Part shown: in pieces, positions 36,215 to 48,555 of the stretch
Position numbering within the stretch: the stretch's first letter is position 1
Layout: each line of letters begins with the position of its first letter
Origin: Squalus acanthias
Lineage: Eukaryota
DNA length: 64,000 nt
Assembly: GCA_030390025.1 (NCBI GenBank)
Contig: CM059432.1
Span: 24,616,001-24,680,000 of the forward strand
Direction of reading: 5' to 3'
The notes under the pieces: generated by a model
What the model was told of the DNA's origin: nothing
Database searches by the model: none
Seen by the model: the letters and a program-made list of their open reading frames with translations, nothing else
Position numbers and translations under genes: made by a program

Positions 36215-37465
36215 GAGCTAGAAATTCGAGTACGTTGGAAACCTGCCGGTAATGGCGCCGGCCACGGCTAACGGCCGGCCGCCTACTGAGAGAGCGCAGG
36301 CAGTACTGGTATTTTGATGCTGCCTGCTAATTAACATCAGCGGTGCGTTGATTTTCCGGTGTAACGCGCTCTTTCCAGCGCTAAGCTCAGCAGGACGCCG
36401 AAGGTTGCGTCTGTCTCCCGCTTGCAGTGAAGGAGAACGGGGAAGAAAGGAACGAACCTGTCGGCCATGTACGGAACAGTTGCCGTACTAGCTACAAAAA
36501 TATTACCTGCCATCTGATCTTTGTTGATTTTTTAATAGTTCATGAAATGTATGCATCTGCGTTCTCTGTAACACTAATCGTTCCTCAGTGTTTACTTTTG
36601 AAAGTTTTTAAGTGTGCAGTAATTGTGCCAGCTTTTAGTGGGTCTTGCATACTCGACACAAAATAATTATTTGATAAATAATTGGTTATGGAATTTTGAA
36701 TAAATTAATTATAATTCCTTAAAATTTTAAGCAGTTGAGTCCAGATTTGCTAGGGGTTTCTGGCGACACTATCATAAAGATAAAAGAGATCTTATCAGAG
36801 ATGATCTTCAAACATTTCAATGGAGTTCTAGCCAATCTGATGCTCTTTAGGAATTTTTTTTATTTGCTGGGAATCCACCGAGGGATTTGTAGTTTTTTGC
36901 AGGTGTTCAGTTCTGAACTAAAAGCTTGTTCCACAAGGTTTCACCCATTGATTTACTGACCCACAAACACTGTAGGGCTCACGGAAAGCCGCCAGAAATT
37001 GCAACCACTCTCCCGCCCCCCCGCCCCGCCCCGCCAAGCCCCCTCCCGCCGCACCCCACACTGATGCGTAAAAAGTGGAAGTATAAAAGAAGAACCTTGG
37101 CAAAGGAGGCGTCCATCTGAGCTGTTTTCCACTTGTCAGCCTCCATCCTCGTTTACAATCTGCCAAGTCCTGCCAGACTCCTTATGACCATTAATGCTGC
37201 TGAAGTGCTTCTAACGGCTGTACGCACGGGCAACACTAGGAGCGGCGATATCCACACTGGATGAGCGGGCTTCAACTCGGTGTTGCACGCCGATTGACGT
37301 CACGCTCCGACTCATTACAGTACTTTCAGTGAGCACAGGCAATGGCAGCGCGGCCGACCTGCCAGAAATGGCGGCCGCTGGCAGCAGGTGATAGTCTGGC
37401 GGCCGCCATTTTTCCCCCCGAATCGACCGGTAACGGCTGGCGCTAAACCCGCTAATTTTTAGCCC
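36215..37465. mobile_element. 1.25-kb Harbinger-type non-autonomous element
   Basis: TIRs GAGCTAGAAATT / AATTTTTAGCCC, flanks TAT / TGT, GC-rich arms and AT-rich core. The CR1 flanks rejoin. Confidence 0.8.
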
Positions 37466-39654
37466 TGTGTCCTTTGGCTGGGCAGACAGTAACTATGGAA
37501 CAGGATGTGTAACAGTAGCAGGAGATGAGGGAAGATTGACCTGGCAGGCACTAATGGTTCCAGTGATTTCCATGACCACTATTATTTTTTGATCAATTAA
37601 ACATGCTTATTTACTATAGACTGAACGATAAGGTTAATCCATACTGCTGCTCCTCTTCACTTCTTAAGGGACCTCATCTGATGCTGCCTCCTCAAACTCA
37701 GTAACGAAATGTGCCAGCGGTTGGACCTGGTGGAATGTGTGACACAACATGCTATGACGTGGCTAGGTCGTGGATGCCACGAGGTCAAAGCACCTAATCT
37801 TGGGAAGATCTTATAGGAGCAGAAAAAGATGTTACAATAGGTTCAGGTTGGAAAGCCTTCGAACAAAAGTAAGATGTCAGTATATTACGGACTATGGTAC
37901 TGTTCTGCAATGTATGCCTCAGTGTTACTGAGTGACACAGTAAGTGACGGTAGCAAACGATTAATGAAAGCATGTTTTGTGTCATGACGCCTCTACCCAT
38001 ACTGTTACATATATGGGCCACTCACCCATGTTGGGGGCAGTTCTAACACAACCACCACAAGACAACAGCTAACTCAGCACAAAGCAGGCTTCAAACATTT
38101 TTTTGAAACGAAATTTCAGACAAATACATTTCGCAAAATTGATGATTATTTGATAATTTATGCAGATAAGCAGAAACAGTCTATTAAAATATCAGCGAGA
38201 GTCTTCATAACCTCATTTAACTTCACAGCAAGAAACACTGCAGTGATAGTCATGGTGATGTGTACAGGTAATTGAATTATTTGCCAACAGATCACAAGGA
38301 GAACCTTTCACTCTTAGATGCAGGTTTTGCACTCTAGTAGTTTCCTGTGCTTTAACAGTAATTAAGAACTATGTACCTTATTATTAGAAAGTGGAATGAG
38401 CTTGTCTCCTACCTGGAGCAGTGGCCTGTGGTGTTTATATGTGGAAGGTGACATTATGCCATCCCTGGATGAGCAGGCTTTTCAGTTAAGAGGGCACTGG
38501 GTGACAAAGTGGGTTAGACACTAACCTTTCACTACATTTATAGTCGCACTCACAAGGGCTTCTGGATGGCTAGTATAGGAAATATAAGAATGTCACTCTG
38601 GTGCAGTGGGGGATACTTCCTGAGTTTGGGGCTGAGGCACATTGATGGGGCAGGGTAGCAGGAGTGTTAGTCCACATATAACGTTAGTTTTTTTATTGAA
38701 AAACCAAAGTGAAAGGCCATGTTGATGGCGCAGGACACCACTAGTGTTGAAAACAATAGATGACAAGTTAAATCAGGAATTAATGGCTGAAACATTGAGC
38801 AGATCTCCTCTGGGGTTTCTGAATTGAATCATGCCCTCCGGTAACATAACTTCAGAAAGAGATTTAAGGAGTACCTGGATATATGCATCCTGTTTGCAGG
38901 CTATCAGCAGGATGGTCTGGTTCTTTGTTGGTGCTGCCTTATTAGGCAGAATTCCCGTGCAGCCACCTGATCCTTCTTTTCTTTCTCCAACACGTATATC
39001 AAATATAATGGAATCTCTACTGGGAGCCGCATTTTGCAGCCTTCACAGATTTTTTGCTAAATGCTCCAGATGGAGAGGCCTCTCTGAGGAGAACTTGGAT
39101 TTAAGCTGAAGTCCTCAAGGGGGACAGGGCAAAAGAAAGTTTCCAAAAATATACAGCTAAACCAAAGCCAGAAAAGTTTTCTGAACAAAAAGCTCCTGTA
39201 GTACGTGCTTAAGACGTTACCAGTGCCTTCATCACCTGGTAAGCAAGCCTATTTTGTATAAACGCTTTTTAGAAGCACAGAGTTAAAGGTAGTAATTATG
39301 GAATTTAGGATGGGTGACGTCATCGCGTTCTAAATCTGTCATTTGCATGCTCACACAGTTTAGCAAAAAGCACTTCTATGGCGTCCTCCCCGACCACAGG
39401 AATTTTATAGAGTATAGTATGAGTGGTTGTAGGTGTAGGAAGGAAGAAAGACTTGGAATTGATCAGTGACCATTCAAAAAAGGTTCAAGTGCAGTGTCAG
39501 GAGGCTACAGGCAAAGTGAACAGGGTCCTGGGCTGTATTGTCTGGATGATTCAACACAAAACTAGGGCCGTGATATAAAGGGTTATCTAAGATTTGCTGA
39601 CACTCATTTGGAGCACGGCATACAATTTTAGACCCCCACCTCAAGCAGTAGAAT

Positions 39655-41213
39655 AAAGAACATAAGAACATAAGAAATAGGAGCAGGAATAGGCCACTTG
39701 GCCCCTCGAGCCTGCTCTGCCATTCAATAAGATCATGACTGATCTTGGGCTCAAAGCCACTTCCCTGCCCGCTCCCCATAACCCTTCACTCCCTTATCTT
39801 GCAAAAATCTGTCTATCTCCACCTTAAATGTATTTAATGACCCAGCCTCCACGGCTCTCTGGGGCAGAGAATTCCACAGATTTACGACCCTCTGAGAGAA
39901 GAAATTCCTCCTCATCTCAGTTCTAAAACTATGCCCCCGAGTTCTAGATTTCCCCACGAGGGGAAACATCCTCTCTGCATCTACCTTTTCGAGCCCCCTC
40001 AGTATCTTATATGTTTCAACAAGATCACCTCTCATTCTTCTAAATTCCAATGAGTATAGGCCCAACCTGCTCAACCTTTCTTCATAAGTCAACTCCCTCA
40101 TCTCTGGAATTAACCTAGTGAATCGTCTCTGAACTGCCTCCAGTGCAAGTATATCCTTACTTAAATAAGGAGACCAAAACTGTACGCAGTACTCAAGGTA
40201 TGGTCTCATCAATACCCTGTACAGTTGTAGCAGACTTCCCTGCTTTTATACTCCAACCCCCTTGCAATAAAAGCCAACATTCCATTTGCCTTTTTGATTA
40301 CTTGCTGTACCTGCATGCTAACTTTTTTGTGTTTCGTGCACAAAGACCCCCAGGTCCCTCTGGACTGTAGCATTTTGTAATCTCTCTCCATTTAAATAAT
40401 CATTTGCTTTTTTATTTTTCCTGCCAAAGTGGATAACCTCGCACTTTCCCACATTATACTCCATTTGCCAAATGTTTGCCCACTCACTTAGCCTGTCTAT
40501 ATCCCTTTGCAGATTCTTTGAGTCCTCTGCACAACTTGCTTTCCCACCCATCTTTGTATCATCCACAAACTTGGCTACATTACACTCAGTCCCTTCATCC
40601 AAGTCATTAATGTAGAATGTAAATAGTTGAAGCCCCAGCACCGGTCCCTGTGGCACCCCACTAGTTACCGTTTGCCAACCGGAAAATGACCCATTTATCC
40701 CGACACTTTGCTTTCTGTTAGTTAGCTATTTCTCTATCCATGCTAATATATTACCCCCAACTCCGTGAGCTCTTATCTTATGCAGTAACCTTTTATGTGG
40801 CACCTTATCGAATGCCTTCTGGAAATCCAAATACACCACATCCACTGGCTCACCTTTGTCCACCCTGCTCCAGCAAATTTGTTAAACATGATTTCCCTTT
40901 CAGAAAACCATGCTGACTCTGCTTGACTGCATTATGATTTTCCAAATGCCCTGCTACTGCTTCCTTAATGAAGGACTCCAGCATTTTCCTAACGACAGAT
41001 GTTAGGCTAACTGGTCTATAGTTTCCTGCTTTCTGTCTTCCTCCATTCTTAAATAGGGGTGCTACATTTGCAGTTTTCCAATCCGTTGGGACCTCTCCAG
41101 ATTCCAGGGAATTTTGGTATATTGCAACCAATGCATCCACGGTCTCTGCAGCCACTTCTTTTAAGACCCTGGGATGCAGGCCATCTGGTCCAGGGGACTT
41201 GTTGTCTTTAGTT
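39655..41213 (-). mobile_element. 5'-truncated CR1 LINE
   Basis: KSPGPDGLHPRVLKE, NYRPVSLTSVV, KFVDDTK, LEYCVQFWSP, 3' tail. Confidence 0.95.
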
Positions 41214-42200
41214 CCCAGTCTTCCTCTCTCCTGGAGCCCCCGTTCCCCAGTCTTTCTATCTCCCCAGCCCCCATTCCCCAATCTCCCTCTCTCCCCATCC
41301 CCGTTCCCAAATCTCCCTCTCTCCCCCGAGCCCTCATCCCCCCCTCTCTCCCCCGAGCCCTCATCCCCCCCTCTCTCCCCCGAGCCCTCATCCCCCCTCT
41401 CACCCCCGAGCTCTCATGTGGCTCTAGAGCAGGTACAGAGCAGAGTAACAGAGGTGATCCCAGTCGAAGTGCATTGAGCTATGGAAATTGAATTAATGGC
41501 CCAGAATTTACTGGAAACCTGCACCAAGAACAACGGTGCAAGTATGACGTAATGCTGATTTTCAGTGGAAAAGATTGGGGAAATTCGAGCACGTGACTTA
41601 CGCCTATTTTTGCCCTTTGTCTGAGTTTCCTTGATCTTTTCCGCCGATTCAGCGAAACTTCGCCGAAATCATCCACTGCTCATTAACATAGCTCCACCCC
41701 ACACACATTTCCTGCATTCAGAACAGGCGTAAATTTGTGCCTGTGGAATGGGGGCTTGGGAGATGGAGAGGGAGACAGTGGAATGGGGGCTCGGAGAGAT
41801 AGAGGGACTGGGGAATGAGAGCTCGGGTGAGAGAGGGGTGATGAGGGCTCGGGGGAGAGAGGGGTGATGAGGGCTCGGGGGAGAGAGGGAGACTGGGGGA
41901 TGGAGGCTGCAGGAGAGAGGGAGACTGGGAATGGGGGCTCAGGGGAGAGAGGGAGATGGAGAATGGGGGCTCAAAGGAGAGATTCAGACTGGGGAATGGT
42001 GGCAGGGGGGGTGAGATGCAGAATGGGAGCTCCTGGGGAGAGATGGAGAGAATGGTTTCCCTTTCTTCCCGCCCTCATGATTTGCTTGGGAGAAATAGTG
42101 AGACTGGGGGATGGGGGTTCGGGGAGAGAGGGAGACTGGGGAACGTGGATGGGGAGATAGGGAGACTGGGGAATGGGGGCTCCGGGAGAGAAGGAGACTA
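41213..42200. repeat. Opposed pyrimidine-rich (41213-41415) and purine-rich (41745-42200) minisatellite arrays
   Basis: About 27-bp unit CCCCGAGCCCTCATCCCCCCCTCTCTC on the left and its approximate complement GAGAGAGGGGTGATGAGGGCTCGGG on the right. Confidence 0.85.
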
Positions 42201-42224
42201 GGAATGTGGGCTTGTGGGGAAAGA

Positions 42225-42388
42225 TAAAAGAAAGACTTGCATTTATGTAGCGCCTTTTAGGACCACCGGACGTCTCAAAGCGCTTTACAGCCAATGAAGT
42301 ACCTTTGGAATGTAGTCACTGTTGTAATGTGGGAAACGCGGCAGCCAATTTGCGCACAGCAAGGTCCCACAAACAGCAATGTGATAAT
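42225..42388 (-). mobile_element. Deu-SINE 3' tail
   Basis: Inverse of about 11765-11920. Similar tails at about 50385-50495 and 55335-55446. Confidence 0.8.
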
Positions 42389-42829
42389 GGAGAGAATGGT
42401 TTCTCCTTTTTCCCACCCTCGTGATCTGACATCACATGGTCAGATGCCATGCGGTCAGAACATCACGTGATCAGGAATGCCTTCAACCAGAGTTGGCAAC
42501 CCGAGTTGACAGATAAGACCTAATATGTAATTTATATGCTGGTCCAGATCTGGTATTATGAAGAGAATTAGCCAAGTGTTGTACCTTTCATTAATTTTTT
42601 GAAATCAGGAGATATAAGTCAAAAGTTCTGTAAACAATTGAAATCTGCTGTATTGATTTTCTGTTTCTGTCTACTTTTTAGCTTTAACAATCCTGATTTG
42701 TAGTTTATAGATTAAGTGACACACACTTCAGTTTGTAAGGAGCAAGTGCCCACTTATGGGAATGGTCTGTGGCACTGAGCGCATGATAAATAGCTGGTGA
42801 AGTCCCTAAAAACATAATACAGGACATAA

Positions 42830-43450
42830 CACATTTCAGAAGCTCCTGTGTGGAAAATGGAGTCATCAAAATAGATGTCATAGAGAAACTAAGAGAAAGG
42901 AATGGATTTTTTGCAGGAAGGAGGGTGCAAGAAACATAATGCATTTGTCGTGAGAGTTGGCTGTTTGTGTTAGATATTTGTATGAAATCCATTTCCAGAG
43001 ATGAAGAGAGAAAAGTCGAGAAAGAGCAGGCGGAGGTGGATATGCATAGGTAGGGGATGGGTGTACATGGAATGAATAGTCAATGAACTGCTCCAGATCA
43101 GAATGAGAGCAGGATATAGGACCAACTCAACCTTCAGTGCAATAGAGGAAATGATCAGGGCATGGGTCTAAGTATGATTGGAATAAACATTGATCCACAT
43201 TTACTACAAAAGGTAGAGCATAACTGGGTCCCATGGCAACATCTTTGAATTGAAAAAAATGTGTAGAGTTAAAAGTGAAGCTGCTGAGGGTAAGAACAAA
43301 TTCACTAAGTAGAGGAGAGTGGTGGGGCTGGAGATAGAGGGGCTGGACTTCCATAGTGAAAAGATGATCGGGGCTGGAGAACCTGAAATTGGCCAAGTGG
43401 GCAAGAGCATCAGAGCCCTGGATATGCCTGGGTAGAAGCTGGGCAAGGGG
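42830..43450 (-). mobile_element. Degenerate Penelope-like RT region
   Basis: FTFNSTHFFQFKDVAMGPSYALPFV..VDQCLFQSY resembles the Penelope RT motif (Q.KGVAMG...GPSYA.LF). Confidence 0.7.
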
Positions 43451-43584
43451 AGAGTGAATGGGAGATAGCAAGGGGAGAGCTACCCAAAGTGCATGAATGT
43501 GGAGGTATCCACACTTATTCGAAGAGATCGTCTGTACCACTAGAGACCGTATACATTTCCAAGCCCAAGAGGAAATACTGATCA

Positions 43585-44177
43585 CGGAAGTTGTTTAGGG
43601 CAGTTTTCAGGGGCCAAATGGGCGCAGGAAATGATCCTTGCACCTGAAGACAGAGGCACAAGGATCACGAGAACTTAGCCCTCAACCCTCACCTAAATAA
43701 TCACAGTGAACTTGTGGCGGCTCCAGAGGCAGCTCACCCAACTGCAGGATCAAATTTTGAGCCGCCTGCCTCACCGGTAGCGGCTCTCAGGTAGGCCCCA
43801 GGGAGGGAGAACAGCGGGTGGGGCCGATCGCAACTGTCAGTAGTCATCAGGAGTGCTGTGTAGCCTAGGAGAAACACTCCTGTAATTCCTGGCTCCATCT
43901 GAGTTTTAAAAAAATGATTAAACTTAACTTTTCGGTAGCAACCATTGGCTGGACCGTTTAAAAAAAACCTGAGGGGAGCTGCCCCAAAGCCTGCTCCAAT
44001 TTCCCAGAGGGGTCCTAAAACAGGCCCCTCATTAGCTTATGCAGGGGGCCTAACTCCTATTTTAGTTGGCTATCCTGGATGCCTGAAAATGGCCTGACCC
44101 AGTTTAGGATCGGAATTTATTCAGGCGTCCTTGGGTGTAGGACATTGGTGCTTGAAATTGGTCCAATTTCTATCCCA
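43585..44177. mobile_element. MITE-like element
   Basis: Right terminus CCAATTTCTATCCC and a body similar to 18250-18690. Left TIR degenerate. Confidence 0.5.
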
Positions 44178-44616
44178 CTGTGTGTATTGATACATGCATA
44201 TGGTCAGTGACTGTGTAAGGGGAGATGTTACATATAAATTAACTTAGAAATAATTTTCAAATTGGAAAGAGGTATAAAAATAAATGGAATTGTTAAAATC
44301 TTTTTTGATGAAGTAAGTGGGAGGCAGCGTATTCAGATTACAGAGTTATCTTGTTATTACACTTGTTGAGAGGCCACAGACAGTATAGGGGCTGCCTCCT
44401 TCAGACAGCAGGGTTTAGGAATTAAGAGCTGACAAGCGTGGGAAGCAGAATATCTCTGTGTTATTAAAACTCATTCCTTCATTGTTTCATATGTCTGAAT
44501 GTCATTAAAAGAAGCCACAGCACCTCAGGGACAATGAAAATCCAGTCTTAATTCTTCAAACATATATATCCTGGAAGGGCCAGTATCACCTTGTTCCTTG
44601 TCCTGGGGTTTAAACA

Positions 44617-45290
44617 TAAATAAGAACATAAGAAATAGGAGCAGGAGGAGGCCATTTGGCCCCTCGAGCCTGCTCCGCCATTCAATAAGATCATGGTTGA
44701 TCTGATCTTGGCCTCAAGTCCACTTTCCTGCCCGCTCCCCATAACCCTTGACTCCCCTATAGCTCAAATATCTGTCTATCTCCACCTTGAATATATTCAA
44801 TGGCTCCGCCTCCACAGCTCTCTGGGGTAGAGAAGTCCAAAGATTCACGACCCTCTGAGAGAAGAAATTCCTCCTCATCTCCGTTTTAAATGGGCGACCC
44901 CTTATTCTGAAACTATGCCCCCTAGTTCTAGATACCCCCACGAGGGAAAACATCCTCCCTGAATCTACCCTGTCAAGCCCCCTCAGAATCCTATATGCTC
45001 AATAAGATCACCTCTCATTCTTTTAAATTCCAATGAGTTTTGGTCCAACCTGCTCAACCTTTCTCCATAAGACAACCCCTTCATCTCAGCAATTAACCTA
45101 GTGAACCTTCTCTGAACTGCCTCCAATGCAAGTATATCCCTCCTTAAATAAGGAGGCCAAAACTGCACGCAGTACTCCAGGTGTGGTCTCACCAATGCCC
45201 TGTACAGTTGTAGCAAGACTTCCCTACTTTTATACTCCATCCCCCTTGCAATAAAGGCCAACATTCCATTTGCCTTCCTAATTACTTGCT
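44617..45290 (-). mobile_element. CR1 LINE 3' fragment
   Basis: KANGMLAFIARG...RPHLEYCVQFW...RVVNLWTSLP, 3' tail. Confidence 0.95.
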
Positions 45291-45482
45291 GGTGGGACCT
45301 GGTAAAATATTTATGAAGTAGGACTCTTCTCCACTCAGCAGAGGATCTCTGTGTCTGAGCCATGTACACAGGAATTGCTAGACGAAAAAAGACCAAGGTC
45401 CACCTTGTTCGCCTTCGACCAGCCTGGTAGTCGCATGTTACAATGTTAATGGAGTTGTTGACTAATCATAGCAATCAAGTCA

Positions 45483-45690
45483 GCTGTGTCTCCGTGGGTA
45501 GCACTCTCGCCTCTGAGTCAGAAGCTTGTGGGCTCTAGTCCCACTCCAGAGATTTGAGCACAACATTTAGGTTGATGCTTCAGCATTTCTGTGCATTACT
45601 GAGGGAGTGGGATCCATTTTTCGGATGAGATGTTAAACCAAGGCCCTGTCTGCTCTCTCAGGTGAATGTAAAAGATTCCAGAGTCCAGAG
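45483..45690 (+). mobile_element. Deu-SINE 5' half
   Basis: Colinear with 11280-11480. Other partial copies at about 23825-23960, 49340-49455, 51020-51385 (-) and 60257-60465. Confidence 0.75.
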
Positions 45691-45857
45691 CTACAACCTG
45701 AGCATTATTAGGTGCTGAATCTTCTAGACTGTAGTATCTTTAGAAAGAAGAAGGAATTTGGGTAAGAAGAGGGAGTAGCAATATTGATAAAAAGACACAA
45801 TTACCACAGTAGAAAGAAGGGACTTCAATAAGGGTGATTGGGCAATGGAAACACATT

Positions 45858-46699
45858 GGGCTGGATTTTCACTGACCCGTGGAGTCGGGTTTGGAGGCGT
45901 GTGGGGGGTTAAAGTTGCAGATTCGGGGGTCCCGACCCCATCCCGCCCCCAACCCGCCTCCATGCCAGTTTCGCTGGCGGCGGGTACCCGACCTGTGCTG
46001 AGACCCGACTCCCCGAGGCGGGAAGGGATTAGTGACAATTAACTGCCTGTTAACAGGTAGTTAACAGGCAGTTTTTTGGATAATCCCTATTTTGACAGGT
46101 GAAATGTGGGCTTCCCAACAGGTGGCAACCACGCCAAGTTATCGGGGTGGACCGTGGGTCTGCAGGGGTTGGAGGGGTCGATATGTCCGGTGGGCAGGTG
46201 AGTGATGGGTGCATGTGTGCAGAGATAAGTGTGTAAGGTAAGTGCTAAGTGTGGAAAAAAGTTTTACTTACCTTAACTTCCTCCTGCAGGTGTCAGCCCT
46301 TCAGTTCTCGGGAGTCAGAAATCTCACCGGCACAGAAAGCAGAAAAGCCGTGGTGCTGTCAAAAACTGCAGCCTTCTGTTTTCTGTGGTGGAATGATTTC
46401 TAACTCAGCCTGAGAGGAAGGACTGAAGTTAGAAATCATATTGTCAGTGTTTGACAGCTTCACAGAGCTGTCAAACGCTGATATTTCATCTGTCAAAAGC
46501 TCGACAGATGAAATGTCAATCTGTGACGTCACCTGTTGCCGGGTGGCCCTTAATTGGCCTGCTGAGCCCACTGGGTGGGCTCAACAAGGTCAATCAAGGG
46601 AAAATACAGTGGGTTGGCCACATCTCGTTGGAGGCGGGTTCACAAGCCAGAATGTGTGATTCCCGACACCAACCCGACCCCAGCTTCAAAATCCAGTAC
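45858..46699. mobile_element. 842-bp Harbinger-type MITE
   Basis: TIRs GGGCTGGATTTT / AAAATCCAGTAC, flanks ATT / AAT, subterminal ACCCGAC motifs. Inserted in an old CR1 endonuclease region. Confidence 0.75.
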
Positions 46700-48555
46700 A
46701 ATGGGTGGAATTAGGGTGAAATTAGCCTTGCAAAGGATGCAAGACTCTGTTGTGAGTTGTCTACAGACATTCTGATAGTAGTGATGTAATGGGGGATGTA
46801 TAAATATGGAAATCAGGGAAGTATGCAGAAATAATAATGTGGTTATAATGAGAGATTTTAATTTTCACGTAGACTGGGAGAGGCAGAACAGCTCAAGTAG
46901 TAAAAGCAATGCATTTCTAAAATGTATTTGGAGCAGATTTCTAGAATATGTTTTAGAATTGACAAGAGACAGGCCATACTGGATTTAATGATGATTAATG
47001 AACCAGAATTGCATAGGATATCAAAGCTAACAGTGAAAGTTTTAAAAAATATATTAAGAGAAAGAGAGTGGTAAAAGAGAAGGACCATTAAAGATAGATA
47101 CAGACAAGACTATAATGAATAATAAGAAAATGACAGGCTTCAATGTGGATTCTAAGGGAATCTTGGGATTATGGGGATCAGGCGACAAATTGGAGTTGAG
47201 GTCGAAGATCAGCCGTAATCGTACTGAATGGCGGAGCAGGCTCGAGGGGCCGTATGGCCTGCACCTGCTCCTATTTCTTATCTTACGTTCTAATGCTTTG
47301 CATCTGTTTTCACAGTAGAGGAAGAGGACAAAATACCAGTGGTGCAAAGGAACCTAAAAATGAATCAAGAAGAGGATCTTAGTGGATTCATTATAAGTAA
47401 AAAAAATTGGTAATGGAGAAAAATCTGCGGGACCTAATGACCAAAGTTCTCTACATTCAGGAATGTGGTTTTGGATTGGAAAATTGCAAATGTCACTCCA
47501 TTATTTAAGAAGGGAGGGAGGAAGAAACCAGGTAACTATAGACTAGTTTGCAGACGGCAAAATGTTAGGAGGCATAGTAAGCTTTATAGATGGGAACAAG
47601 AAGTGGTAAAGGAATGTAGACAGACTAAGTGAGTGGGCAAAACTATGTCAGATGGAGTTAAATGTGGGGAAATGTGAAGTCATCCACTTTGGATCTAAAT
47701 ATTTTCTTAAGGTGAGAGACTAGGGCCTGTGGAGGAGCAAAGGGATTTAGATGACCAGGTACACAAATTACTAAAAGCTAGTGCACAGGTACAAGAAGTA
47801 CTTAAAAAAGCTAATGACATGTTAACCTTTATCTCAAGGGGACCGAAATACAAAGGGAAGGAAGTTATGCTCCAATTGTACAGAGACTTGGTCAGATCAC
47901 ATCTGGAGTACTGTGTTCTATTTTGGGCATCAAACCTCAGGAAGGATATATTGGCCTTGGAGGGGGTACAGCACGGAATGAATGGTGGAACATGCACAAA
48001 GGGCTGAATGCCCTACTTCTGTTTTTATGTTCCTCTCGGTGTTCACAGCACATGAAGCCCTAACCATTAGGAGCACTCTGAAAACATGTAGAAGCATAGA
48101 TGTTTACAGTGAAGAAGGAGACCATCCATCCCATCCTGACTGTGCTCTTTCTTCAATAGAACAATCCAAAACTAATCCCACTGTCCTGGTCTCTCCCCAT
48201 AGCTCCATGTTTTTCCTCTGCTTCAAGTATTTATCTAAATTTCCCTTAATAATCTCTGCCTCAAACAATTCCTGTGGCAAAGCACGCCACGCTCAAACAA
48301 ACCTCTATGTAAAAATACTGTTCCTAATGTCTCTCGTGACTCTCATGGTGGCATTTTTAAATTGATGACTCCTTGTCACTGACCCTTAAAGTATGAGGAA
48401 ATAGTCCTTCCCAATTCAAAAACCCTTCATAATTTTAAAAAACCTCTATTAAATCTCCTCTTAGCCTTTTCTGCTCCTTTGGAAGTAATCCCTATTACAC
48501 AAACCTCTTCTAATAACTATAGTTTCCCATCCCTGGTATCATCCTGGTGAATCTG
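46700..48555. mobile_element. Old fragmented CR1 (+) with a nested 3' end (about 47140-47295) and an adjacent - strand CR1 3' end (about 48080-48555)
   Basis: VVIMRDFNFHVDW (APE), QRDLDDQVH...RSHLEYCVLFW. Confidence 0.8.

Noticed and set aside
41320..41415. Regular 27-bp repeats as a CRISPR-like array or repeat protein (MRARGREGG)
   Set aside because: No unique spacers, low-complexity minisatellite in a eukaryotic context.
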